From the IMG/VR virus record IMGVR_UViG_3300021197_001635, positions 72,013-136,012 of that record: 64,000 bases of DNA. One strand, written 5' to 3'. This document shows, one piece after another, positions 21,264 to 30,166 of this stretch. This DNA comes from a virus. The translations under genes were made by a program, and so were the position numbers. Position 1 is the stretch's first letter; every line of letters starts with the position of its first letter. The notes under the pieces were generated by a model. It did not search any database. It was given only the letters and a program-made list of their open reading frames with translations, and had not been told where the DNA came from.

Positions 21264-21919
21264 AATCATTTAAGCAATTCATAAAAGAGCAGCAAATGGG
21301 TGGTGGACCTCCAGGCGGTTTCCCAGACGATTTGCCTGATTGGCCAGAAGAAGATATGTGGGATACTATAAACGATGATGGGACTTGGACTTCTGGAGGA
21401 TATACTTGGTATATTCGAGATGGTCAACTATATGTATACATAGATGGAGAATGGTACTTGCGTGGTGCTTCACTAGACACTGGTGAAGACGAAGATTCGA
21501 CCGCAAATGGACGAGATGGGATAGACTGGCGTGATAGTTATGGTCTCCTGTTCCAGATTCTTATAGATTTGGGATATAGTATTAAAGAAATACGTGAACT
21601 GGGCATTCCAGTCCCTGAACATGAGCCATGGGAGGACCCCAAGGACGACCCTGATTACGACCCAAATGTGGATGGGATACCACCTTGGTGGGACCAACCA
21701 AATAACCCCCCACCACCTCTCCCCGATGGAACTGATCCTGTTTATCTAGAGGATGGTCCATATGGACCAGGCTGGTACTATGATGATGAATTTACTCCAG
21801 TTCTTCCAGAAGATTATGAATCAGGCATGATGTCTAATTATGGACCATCTGGGGTAGCGGCCATGCCTTCATCTATACCATCGCTTACACCTAATATCAA
21901 GGGTGGAGGACCCAAATGA
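21260..21919 (+). CDS. Acidic W/P/D/G-rich putative internal protein (MKSFKQFIKE leader)
   Basis: Leader, ATGA overlap, composition. Confidence 0.75.
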   Translation: MKSFKQFIKEQQMGGGPPGGFPDDLPDWPEEDMWDTINDDGTWTSGGYTWYIRDGQLYVYIDGEWYLRGASLDTGEDEDSTANGRDGIDWRDSYGLLFQILIDLGYSIKEIRELGIPVPEHEPWEDPKDDPDYDPNVDGIPPWWDQPNNPPPPLPDGTDPVYLEDGPYGPGWYYDDEFTPVLPEDYESGMMSNYGPSGVAAMPSSIPSLTPNIKGGGPK

Positions 21920-22872
21920 AGTCATTTAAGCAATTCATCATAACTAAGGCAGATATAGACAGTATCACATATGGTACTCCTACCGTCCAACAGCAAGAGA
22001 GAATGGACAAGGAACTGGAGTATTTTGATGACAGTATATATGACCTAGTTACGATGGGGTGTGCACCGAGCAATACCAGCGACACTACCAAGAAAGAATT
22101 GTATTACCTACACAGGGTAGAAAAAAACGAAGAAATGTTTGAAAAGTATGACATGCATTTTTCTCCCTCTATATTCGGTTATGCTAGAGATAATGGTCTA
22201 GACTTTGATGAAGAAGAACTTAGACGGATAAAAAGAGAAGCATCTAACATATTGCTACACGTAAAATTCCACTTTAACAGGCCTAGACCTTATCAGATAG
22301 CGGACTCCCTTGGTATGGAGCTAGACCACATGAATACCGAATCTGGTCACACACCCTCATACCCCAGCGGGCATGCAGGTTTGGCAAGGCTATTGGCACT
22401 GCTGATTGCTAAAGACAACCCAGATTATAAAGACGAACTAATCGCCATCGCGGATGAGATAGCCTTATCTAGAGAGATAGGCGCTGTTCATTTTCCCTCA
22501 GACAATGATTTTGGTAAAGAAGTTGCCAATATAATGTATAGCGAACTCACTGGTGAGGAATTGCAGGAATGTGATTGCGGTTGTGATGAGCGTTTAGATG
22601 AGGCAGAATACCAAGGCAAGAAGGTAACATTAAATAAGCCTTTTAGAACGCCTGGAGAATCTAAGAAATTTGCAGTTTATGCCAAGAATGATAAAGATAA
22701 AGTGGTAATTGTTCGATTTGGTGACCCGAATATGGAAATCAAGAGGGATGACCCGAAGAGATTAAAAGCATATCGCTCAAGAATGGGTTGCGACACCGAT
22801 CCAGGACCCAAATGGAAAGCAAACTACTGGTCTTGTTATCAGTGGAGAGCTGGTGCAAAAGTAGACGACTAA
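21916..22872 (+). CDS. PAP2-family phosphatase fused to a conserved T4-like basic domain; leader-bearing
   Basis: KFHFNRPRP, SYPSGH, SREIGAVHFPSD; LDEAEYQGKKVTLNKPF..VRFGDP..YWSC. Confidence 0.8.
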   Translation: MKSFKQFIITKADIDSITYGTPTVQQQERMDKELEYFDDSIYDLVTMGCAPSNTSDTTKKELYYLHRVEKNEEMFEKYDMHFSPSIFGYARDNGLDFDEEELRRIKREASNILLHVKFHFNRPRPYQIADSLGMELDHMNTESGHTPSYPSGHAGLARLLALLIAKDNPDYKDELIAIADEIALSREIGAVHFPSDNDFGKEVANIMYSELTGEELQECDCGCDERLDEAEYQGKKVTLNKPFRTPGESKKFAVYAKNDKDKVVIVRFGDPNMEIKRDDPKRLKAYRSRMGCDTDPGPKWKANYWSCYQWRAGAKVDD

Positions 22873-22913
22873 TTCGGAGGTAGGTGATATGTTCATCATG
22901 AAAAAAGAATCAT

Positions 22914-23132
22914 ATGACAATAGACTGGATAGACGTAGCACTAACACTCCTAACTACGGGGTTTTTTTCCCTAATAGGGTTTGTATGGAAATACTCACAT
23001 AAGGTAACAGCATTGGAAAAAGATGTTGCTGATAATAAGAGAAGAATAAGGAAAATGGAATCTGACCACGACAAGGTAATGGACAAAATGTATTCTATTG
23101 TGAAATCCCGTGGGGACTTTCAAATCAAATAG
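22914..23132 (+). CDS. Small single-TM plus coiled-coil protein
   Basis: N-terminal hydrophobic helix followed by heptads. Confidence 0.6.
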   Translation: MTIDWIDVALTLLTTGFFSLIGFVWKYSHKVTALEKDVADNKRRIRKMESDHDKVMDKMYSIVKSRGDFQIK

Positions 23133-23142
23133 GGGTACTCAA

Positions 23143-23487
23143 ATGGAAAAATCAACCAATAAAGAAGAATGTTCAGTGTGTCGTGAAAAAGATGTAGAGA
23201 GACTCAAGTTCGAACTACATAAATGTAAAGATGCAGGTAAGGTTAAAGATAAGAAGATTAAACAGTTAGACAAAAAGGTGTTCGTACTCACTTTCATAGC
23301 AGTCGCTATTGGTGCTATTTTTGGTAAGGAAGTGTTAGATACAGTCATTGAATGGTTGGAATCAATCGGCAGTTTTAATTCTGGTGTTAATCACATAACT
23401 CATACTGGGGTATATCCAGCGCCTGGAACATTGGCAGTATTTGCACTACCAGTAATCATGGGAAGAAGAAGCAGGAAGAGAAAATGA
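23143..23487 (+). CDS. Membrane protein with PEP-CTERM-like (PAPG) C-terminal signal
   Basis: Ends YPAPGTLAVFALPVIMGRRSRKRK. Confidence 0.6.
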   Translation: MEKSTNKEECSVCREKDVERLKFELHKCKDAGKVKDKKIKQLDKKVFVLTFIAVAIGAIFGKEVLDTVIEWLESIGSFNSGVNHITHTGVYPAPGTLAVFALPVIMGRRSRKRK

Positions 23488-23936
23488 AATCATTTAAACA
23501 ATATATTGACGAAGCAGTGACCGATGATCGCAAGGAAGTCGCTAAAGGGCTTAAGAAGTGGGCAAAGCAATATGTGAGCGGATCTATATCGGTTAAATCG
23601 GGTAGTGGTAAAACTCCCTTTGTCCAGTTGACGGCAAGAGGAGGGGAGATCAGCAATGACCTCCGCAAGATGGTAATCGACAAAATATTCACAGATGCTA
23701 AAGTACGCGACATGAATGATATTAGTTACGGTAACGTCACTAAGAATTATATCGCTATCACCTCTGATCAATGGAAGAAGGTGATGGGACTGGATGAGAC
23801 TATAGTTAAGAGCGGTGACAAGTGGAAGGTCATGAACAAGGACAAGTCAAAGACCTTAGGTACTCACGACTCTAAAAAGATGGCCCTCAAGCAGTTAGCA
23901 GCCGTAGAAATAAGCAAAGCGAGCAGAGGGAAATGA
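23484..23936 (+). CDS. Putative internal protein (MKSFKQYIDEA leader)
   Basis: Leader; internal LDET followed by a basic module. Confidence 0.75.
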   Translation: MKSFKQYIDEAVTDDRKEVAKGLKKWAKQYVSGSISVKSGSGKTPFVQLTARGGEISNDLRKMVIDKIFTDAKVRDMNDISYGNVTKNYIAITSDQWKKVMGLDETIVKSGDKWKVMNKDKSKTLGTHDSKKMALKQLAAVEISKASRGK

Positions 23937-24139
23937 AATCTTTCAAAGAATATATAATAGAGAGGCTTAGGATCAACTACAAAAAAGGTAGAAAATTGGT
24001 GGCTACCAAGGGTAGTAAAGAAGGCGAGACTGGAACTGTGGTGTCTATGGGTCCCAATGCGGCATTTGTACGAATCAAACTGGATAAGAACGATCAGGTA
24101 ATACAGCAGAATCCTAAATTCTGGAAAGTTATGAAATGA
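23933..24139 (+). CDS. Small KOW/SH3-like putative internal protein (MKSFKEYIIE leader)
   Basis: Leader; KG..V...G...GETGTVV pattern. Confidence 0.65.
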   Translation: MKSFKEYIIERLRINYKKGRKLVATKGSKEGETGTVVSMGPNAAFVRIKLDKNDQVIQQNPKFWKVMK

Positions 24140-24870
24140 AATCATTTAAACAATATCTAGAAGAGAACTTGGGTTCAGGTTCTAAAATTAGTCTTTCCCC
24201 AAGTTCTAGTATGGGGAATTTCAGAAGCACTCCATCACCTCCACCAGAAGGTGAAGGAGAAGGTGAAGAAGGACCAGTAAAACTCGTACCAACCACAGAC
24301 CCAACTCAATGGGTGGATCCCGATGGGAACCACTATTGGGATTCAGATGGAGATGGTGTTCCAGACATGATTTGGAACGGAGATGCATGGGTGGTAATAC
24401 CACCTGGATTAGAATTTGAAGATGGAGAAGAACCAGACGAAGATGAAGATGAAGATGAAGAACCAGATGAAGGTGAGGACGAGGATGAGGACGAGGATGA
24501 AGATGAAGAACCAGATGAAGAAGATGATGATTTAGTAGAAATACCATGGGAGCTTTGGCAACAACTTCAATTATTGCAGCCAGCATTCAATCCTGGCTTA
24601 TACTTCAAACCTCCAGGCGGTGAGGGTGGTGGAGATGGTGGTGGTGGAGGTGGCAATATAAATTGGTATAAAGAAACTCCATGGAAACCAGGCTACCCAC
24701 ATCCAAGTGATGGTAGTCCCAGTCCTTCAACTCCAGGTAACTGGATTCCCCTACCCTATGGTAACTGGTGGAATACAGATGAACGTCGACCACGAGGTAG
24801 ACAAGAGTACGACGAATTAGAATGGTACTATGACCCATCGAACATCGGTGGTGGTGGGAGCATGCCATAA
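24136..24870 (+). CDS. Acidic low-complexity putative internal protein (MKSFKQYLEEN leader)
   Basis: Leader, poly-DE tract, W/P/G-rich. Confidence 0.75.
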   Translation: MKSFKQYLEENLGSGSKISLSPSSSMGNFRSTPSPPPEGEGEGEEGPVKLVPTTDPTQWVDPDGNHYWDSDGDGVPDMIWNGDAWVVIPPGLEFEDGEEPDEDEDEDEEPDEGEDEDEDEDEDEEPDEEDDDLVEIPWELWQQLQLLQPAFNPGLYFKPPGGEGGGDGGGGGGNINWYKETPWKPGYPHPSDGSPSPSTPGNWIPLPYGNWWNTDERRPRGRQEYDELEWYYDPSNIGGGGSMP

Positions 24871-24875
24871 ATCCA

Positions 24876-25589
24876 ATGAAATCATTTAAACAATATCTAA
24901 AAGAGAACTTGGGTTCAGGTTCTAAAATTAGTCTTTCCCCAAGTCCTAATATGGGGATGGGAGATTTTAGAAGTAACCCAACACCTCCACCACCACCAGA
25001 AGGCGAAAGTTCTCTGGGGTGGAGTCCTTGCGGTGGTTGTGGACCCGATGGACAGCCTGGTGAGTTTATACCTGATGGTCAGGGTGGGACATATTTTTAT
25101 GACCCCGCAACTGGTGATACCTACTATTACAACCCAGCAACTGGTGAGTGGTCGAATTTCTCCGATGGGGACGACAATGACTCCATCACACCACCAGACC
25201 CAGAACCAGGCCCATCACCAGACCCATTTAAACCAGTTGTTGTACCCAGAGAGAAATATGACAAATGGGATAACTGGTGGGATGAAAATATGCCACCTGA
25301 ATATCCGCCGTTTGATTTCTGGTTCCATCCAGACGATGAAGAATATGAAGACCCAGCAGACATTCCTGCACCATCAGGATGGCCACCAAATGTACCGTGG
25401 CCACCACCAGACTTTCCTCCTGGAATGGACCCTGCAAACTACAACGATATGCCTCCTGCGGGCAATGGTTGGTATCAGTTCTGGGACCCAAATAATGAAC
25501 CGTTCTATTACAACCCAGGCCCACCACCTTCATATCAGTATGGTGAACCTTACAATGTGGACCCATCTGTACCACCTTGGGAAGCATAA
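24876..25589 (+). CDS. Pro/Trp/Asp-rich putative internal protein (MKSFKQYLKEN leader)
   Basis: ~80 bp of the 5' end near-identical to 24136. Confidence 0.75.
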   Translation: MKSFKQYLKENLGSGSKISLSPSPNMGMGDFRSNPTPPPPPEGESSLGWSPCGGCGPDGQPGEFIPDGQGGTYFYDPATGDTYYYNPATGEWSNFSDGDDNDSITPPDPEPGPSPDPFKPVVVPREKYDKWDNWWDENMPPEYPPFDFWFHPDDEEYEDPADIPAPSGWPPNVPWPPPDFPPGMDPANYNDMPPAGNGWYQFWDPNNEPFYYNPGPPPSYQYGEPYNVDPSVPPWEA

Positions 25590-26798
25590 ATGAAATCATA
25601 TAAGCAATTCATCAACGAAGGTAAGAACACTCACCTAGAGCATCTAGAAGATGAACTCTGGAACGAGGGTTCCGCAGGCGTAGAGAACGCACTACGTTTC
25701 GTGGGTGAGGTTGCTTCTATGTTATCTGGTAATGCTGATTCTTCTATTAATATCACCACTAAATGGGATGGTGCACCTGCTATTTTCTGTGGTATCAACC
25801 CTGAAAACGGCAAATTCTTTGTTGGTACTAAGAGTGTGTTCAATACTGGTCAGCCTAAGATCAACTACACCAATGCAGATATCAACAAGAATCATGGTGG
25901 GGGATTGGCAGAAAAACTGAAGATAGCACTCAAACATCTACCTTCATTAGGTATTAAAGGTGTCCTTCAGGGAGACCTGATGTTCACATCCAGTGATCTA
26001 AGCAGCATGAAGGTAGACGGGAAATCCCATGTCACCTTCACACCCAACACTATCACCTATGCTATCCCAGAAGGGTCGGATGCTGCCAAAGAGGTTAAGT
26101 CCGCTAAAATGGGTATAGTATTCCACACCAAATATTCTGGAAGGAAGATGTCAGACATGAAGGCATCATTCAACCCCAAGGTGAAATCTCTCAGGAAAAA
26201 CAAGGCTGTTTGGTTCAGGGATGCCGATTTCAAAGACGAAAGTGGTAGTTCCACTCTAACATCCAGTGAAAAGGATGTTATAATGTCTAAAGTGAAGGAT
26301 GCTAAATCCCTACTGTCCAGTACATCTAAGACAATAGAGTCCTTCAGATCCAACAGGCAGATAATACCTTTCGTCAAGATATACATGAATAGTATGGTAA
26401 AAGAAGGCAGCACCGTAGGCAATACTGACGGTCTCATTAGTCACATATCTGCTAAGTTCGATAATGACATAAATAAATTGAAGACAGACGCTGCTAAAGA
26501 AAGAAAGAATGCTATAAGAGAAGAGATAGTCAAATACCTCAGATCAGAAGAGGCTAGGCTAGATAAAATATTTAAATTGCATTCTGTTCTTACCGATATC
26601 AAAATAATGCTGGTAAGAAAATTGGAGAGGATTAAGGGTATAGGAACCTTTATTAGAGATGATAAAGGTTTCAGGGCTACGTCTCCAGAAGGATTTGTGG
26701 CAGTAGATAGGATTTCCAATAAGGCACTTAAACTGGTCGATAGACTAGAATTCAGCAGGTCTAATTTTACGGTTGCTAAAAACTGGGTAAAGGGATAA
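25590..26798 (+). CDS. Conserved T4-like protein with KWDG motif, leader-bearing
   Basis: MKSYKQFINEG; KNTHLEHLED, TKWDGAPA, QGDLMF, PEGFVA, KLVDRLEFS; family usually next to the cytidyltransferase gene. Confidence 0.8.
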   Translation: MKSYKQFINEGKNTHLEHLEDELWNEGSAGVENALRFVGEVASMLSGNADSSINITTKWDGAPAIFCGINPENGKFFVGTKSVFNTGQPKINYTNADINKNHGGGLAEKLKIALKHLPSLGIKGVLQGDLMFTSSDLSSMKVDGKSHVTFTPNTITYAIPEGSDAAKEVKSAKMGIVFHTKYSGRKMSDMKASFNPKVKSLRKNKAVWFRDADFKDESGSSTLTSSEKDVIMSKVKDAKSLLSSTSKTIESFRSNRQIIPFVKIYMNSMVKEGSTVGNTDGLISHISAKFDNDINKLKTDAAKERKNAIREEIVKYLRSEEARLDKIFKLHSVLTDIKIMLVRKLERIKGIGTFIRDDKGFRATSPEGFVAVDRISNKALKLVDRLEFSRSNFTVAKNWVKG

Positions 26799-26803
26799 AA
26801 AAA

Positions 26804-27871
26804 ATGAGCGATAAAACATTATCTGAGGCAATAAGACAAGACTTAATGTCTAACATATTCGAGGCTAAAATGTCGTCTTCGGCGAGTGACCCGACTGGAA
26901 ATACCTCTAGTTTCTCAGGCGGCATAGCAGCATTGTCCCAAGATGTTGAATCTGGGGGTAGTCCGATCACCCCTGCATACACTAGGATGGCATTGGATAG
27001 AGCAGCGGCTAAGAGTATGAATCCCCTATACAGGTCTATGATGAACTGGTTAAGGAGAACATCCAAGAAGAGGGACGACGAAGAAATGGGAATGAGGAGA
27101 GAATCTGCCGAGATCTATGAGAATCTAGGTTATTCTAATCCATACTCCATGAAACAACCACAGAAACCCGAGGATGACTCAGATATGCAAGAGATTCCTA
27201 TGTGGGATTCTTTGACTGGCAGGAAGAAGAAATTCAAGGCTATAATGACTCCTCCCCAAGATGATGCTCTCAGAAGTTCTAGAGAAATAAATCAAGACAT
27301 GAGAGACGGATATATGCAAGCAGCAGCAGCCCAAAGAATAACACAACCTTCTGGTGGTTCTGATCCCAGAGGATTCGAGGTTCCTTATGGATTCCGCATA
27401 CCAGTGGGTGCAAATAAAGACGAATTGGACTTTGGTATGAGTTATCATGAGTATGAGACGAGGAAGAAAGAACATGATCAAAACCCCACCAACATGAACA
27501 GTGCATATGCTGACCATCCAGCGGTAATGAAGCATCTGGACCAACAGAAGCAGCTCCAGCAAGTCCAGCAGGCAGACCAAATGAATGCTCAGGGTGGTGA
27601 AGAGCAACAACAGCCTGGTGGAATGCCTGGAATGGGTGCTGGTGGAGACCAAATGCAGCAGATGATGCAGCAAATGATGGGTGGTATGCAAGGTGGTGGA
27701 CAGCCCCAGATGCCTCCTATGGGTGGGATGGGCAAAAAGCCCCAGATGCCTCCTATGGGTGGGATGGGCAAAAAGCCCCAGATGCCTCCTATGGGCAAAA
27801 AAGACGACACGGCGCAAGACATCATGAAACTACTCAGAGGTATGGGTGGTAGAGACAAGAGAAGAAGATAA
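26804..27871 (+). CDS. M/Q/G-rich low-complexity protein
   Basis: LSEA and IFEA sites; Q/M/G/P C-terminus. Confidence 0.7.
   Translation: MSDKTLSEAIRQDLMSNIFEAKMSSSASDPTGNTSSFSGGIAALSQDVESGGSPITPAYTRMALDRAAAKSMNPLYRSMMNWLRRTSKKRDDEEMGMRRESAEIYENLGYSNPYSMKQPQKPEDDSDMQEIPMWDSLTGRKKKFKAIMTPPQDDALRSSREINQDMRDGYMQAAAAQRITQPSGGSDPRGFEVPYGFRIPVGANKDELDFGMSYHEYETRKKEHDQNPTNMNSAYADHPAVMKHLDQQKQLQQVQQADQMNAQGGEEQQQPGGMPGMGAGGDQMQQMMQQMMGGMQGGGQPQMPPMGGMGKKPQMPPMGGMGKKPQMPPMGKKDDTAQDIMKLLRGMGGRDKRRR
27704..27795 (+). repeat. 36-bp coding tandem repeat (PQMPPMGGMGKK), ~2.5 copies
   Basis: CCCCAGATGCCTCCTATGGGTGGGATGGGCAAAAAG repeated. Confidence 0.9.
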
Positions 27872-27894
27872 TCAATTAAAAAGGAGAATATAAA

Positions 27895-28014
27895 ATGGAC
27901 GGATTTTTAGGAACTATTTGGTGGTCGGTACTCATGTTCGTAGCAGGAGCACTAATTGGAACTCCTCTTTGGGGATGGGTTAAGAGTTTCATGCCTTGGA
28001 ACAATAAGGACTGA
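27895..28014 (+). CDS. 39-aa membrane peptide, below the ORF-track cutoff
   Basis: AAGGAG SD; MDGFLGTIWWSVLMFVAGALIGTPLWGWVKSFMPWNNKD. Confidence 0.65.
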   Translation: MDGFLGTIWWSVLMFVAGALIGTPLWGWVKSFMPWNNKD

Positions 28015-28015
28015 T

Positions 28016-30151
28016 ATGGTGACAAGAGGCGGCTCGTATATTAGCGAAGCAAATGGTAAGGGAATGGTATTTACCTTCGGTAGATTCAACCCTCCCCATG
28101 GTGGTCATGAATTATTGATCAATAAGGTAATATCTACTGCTAAAAAATATGGTCACGAGCATTCGATATATGCCAGTCAGTCTCAAGATTCAAACAAAAA
28201 CCCCTTGGGGTATAATGATAAAATCAAATATATGAAGGCAGCCTTTAAACAGGCTAATGTTGTTAAAGACCCCAAGATGAAAAATCCTTTTTTCGTAGCG
28301 AAGAAGCTAAGCGATGAAGGTTACAAGCACGTAATTCTAGTAGTAGGTGGGGACCGTGTAAAAGATCTTGAGAGAGAAATCAGGAAATACATTGGTCACA
28401 AGGATCCAAACAAATCATTCAACTTCGACACTTTTAGTGTGGTGAGTGCTGGGAAAAGAGATCCAGATTCCGATGATGTCACTGGTATGTCCGCTTCTAA
28501 GATGCGATCACTAGCATCTGATGGAGACTTTGATGGATTTAGCAAAGGCGTTCCTTCCTCAATGTCCTCATCCAATACCAGAAAAATGTATGATTCCATA
28601 AGAAAATCTATGGGTGTCAGAGAAGACATATCTAGTCTATTTGACCAACTGGATGTAGGGATATCAGAAGAAGAACTGAATAGGCAGGCAATCAATAGAT
28701 TGGACCTAGACTCTTTGCAACTCCTAGGAATCATGGAACAGGTAGAAGAAGAGCCTACTGTAATAATACTTTCTATCTTCGATGAAGAGGGAGAGTACAG
28801 CGATACCACAGACAAATTGGTGAAATCTTGTGACAAGATTGGGTTAACTAACTATGTGGTGTCGGTAGAAGACGCTTATGTGGTAGACGAAGACATGGAT
28901 GATAACATCATTACTATCCATAACTACAACGGCAACGGCAAGAAACTAAATCTGAATACTAGTAACACGGTGTGTTTCCCCAGAGGAAGTGTGCTGAAGA
29001 ACTATTCTGGTATAGGTATACTCAGCATAATACAAGACACTGATATATTCTCTGTTAACAAACTAAGTAGCATGGAATTAGCACAGAACAAGTTTGCTAC
29101 TGCTATAGCACTGGAAAGAGCTAGCATTAACTCACCAAGGACGGCATTGGTTGCCAACGAGGATGCGATAGAGATAGCATTAGAGAAGATAGGTGGAAAA
29201 TTCCCCGTAGTAGTCAAGACAATCACTGGAGCAGAAGGAATTGGTGTTTCACTAGTAGAATCAAGAGAGTCGTTGACTGGTGTTCTGCAGTCCTTGTGGA
29301 AATTCGAAGCAGAAGTCATCATACAGGAATATTTCAAGATAGACTATGATATCAGATCCATAGTCCTCGACGGCAAGGTTATTGCCAGTGCTAAGAGATT
29401 GAAAGGGCAAGGAGATTTTAGGACTAACAAATCTCTAGGAAATGAAACAGAACCTTATGTCTTGTCAGAAGAAGAAATAGAAATAGTTGAAAAGGCTGCC
29501 AGCGTCATTAAATGCTATTGGTGTGGTGTAGACCACATGGTGGTGGATGGAGAAGACGGTGAGGAATATAAGGTATTGGAAGTGAACGGTTCGCCTGGAA
29601 GCGGAGCAGAACCATTTCACTCATACTTTGGTGATGGTGGAGAGGTAAGCGGTCAAGGCATGATAGATTATGTAGTGGACTATGTCTCAGATAGAGAAAA
29701 CTGGGTGTCATCTACCACCGAAATCGGAGCGGTAGAAGAGATAGAGATAATAGGAATGGGCAAGGCAGATGCCAGAATAGACACGGGCAACGAGTCTTAT
29801 AATGTCCTTCATGTGGATAGTGCCGAGTACAGCACCGAAGACAAAGATATGGTCAGATTTTCCACCATGGGTGAAACCAAGCAACTACCAGTAGAAGAGG
29901 TGGTGACCATAAATACGGGAAGCGGCAACAAAGAAAAGAGGATGGTGGTCAAGCTTGACCTGAAGATAGGAAGCAAGACCATCAAAAATGTCAAGTTCTC
30001 TCTTGCAGATAGAGAAGACAATGACTATCCAATACTAATAGGTAAGGTATTTTTAAAGAATCACCACTTTTCAGTGGACGTAGCCAAAGAGCACGTGATG
30101 AAGGAATCTTTAGAAACACTAAATAATAAGTTCACCAATCTCGCTATTTGA
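28016..30151 (+). CDS. Fusion: cytidyltransferase-like + RimK-type ATP-grasp ligase + RimK-associated aspartic-protease-like domain
   Basis: FTFGRFNPPHGGH..SASKMR; NKF, PVVVKT..GAEGIGV, IQEY..DIR, FRTN..G, GVD, LEVNGSPG; ARIDTGN..ILIG. Confidence 0.85.
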   Translation: MVTRGGSYISEANGKGMVFTFGRFNPPHGGHELLINKVISTAKKYGHEHSIYASQSQDSNKNPLGYNDKIKYMKAAFKQANVVKDPKMKNPFFVAKKLSDEGYKHVILVVGGDRVKDLEREIRKYIGHKDPNKSFNFDTFSVVSAGKRDPDSDDVTGMSASKMRSLASDGDFDGFSKGVPSSMSSSNTRKMYDSIRKSMGVREDISSLFDQLDVGISEEELNRQAINRLDLDSLQLLGIMEQVEEEPTVIILSIFDEEGEYSDTTDKLVKSCDKIGLTNYVVSVEDAYVVDEDMDDNIITIHNYNGNGKKLNLNTSNTVCFPRGSVLKNYSGIGILSIIQDTDIFSVNKLSSMELAQNKFATAIALERASINSPRTALVANEDAIEIALEKIGGKFPVVVKTITGAEGIGVSLVESRESLTGVLQSLWKFEAEVIIQEYFKIDYDIRSIVLDGKVIASAKRLKGQGDFRTNKSLGNETEPYVLSEEEIEIVEKAASVIKCYWCGVDHMVVDGEDGEEYKVLEVNGSPGSGAEPFHSYFGDGGEVSGQGMIDYVVDYVSDRENWVSSTTEIGAVEEIEIIGMGKADARIDTGNESYNVLHVDSAEYSTEDKDMVRFSTMGETKQLPVEEVVTINTGSGNKEKRMVVKLDLKIGSKTIKNVKFSLADREDNDYPILIGKVFLKNHHFSVDVAKEHVMKESLETLNNKFTNLAI

Positions 30152-30166
30152 TCAGGGAGTATCAAA

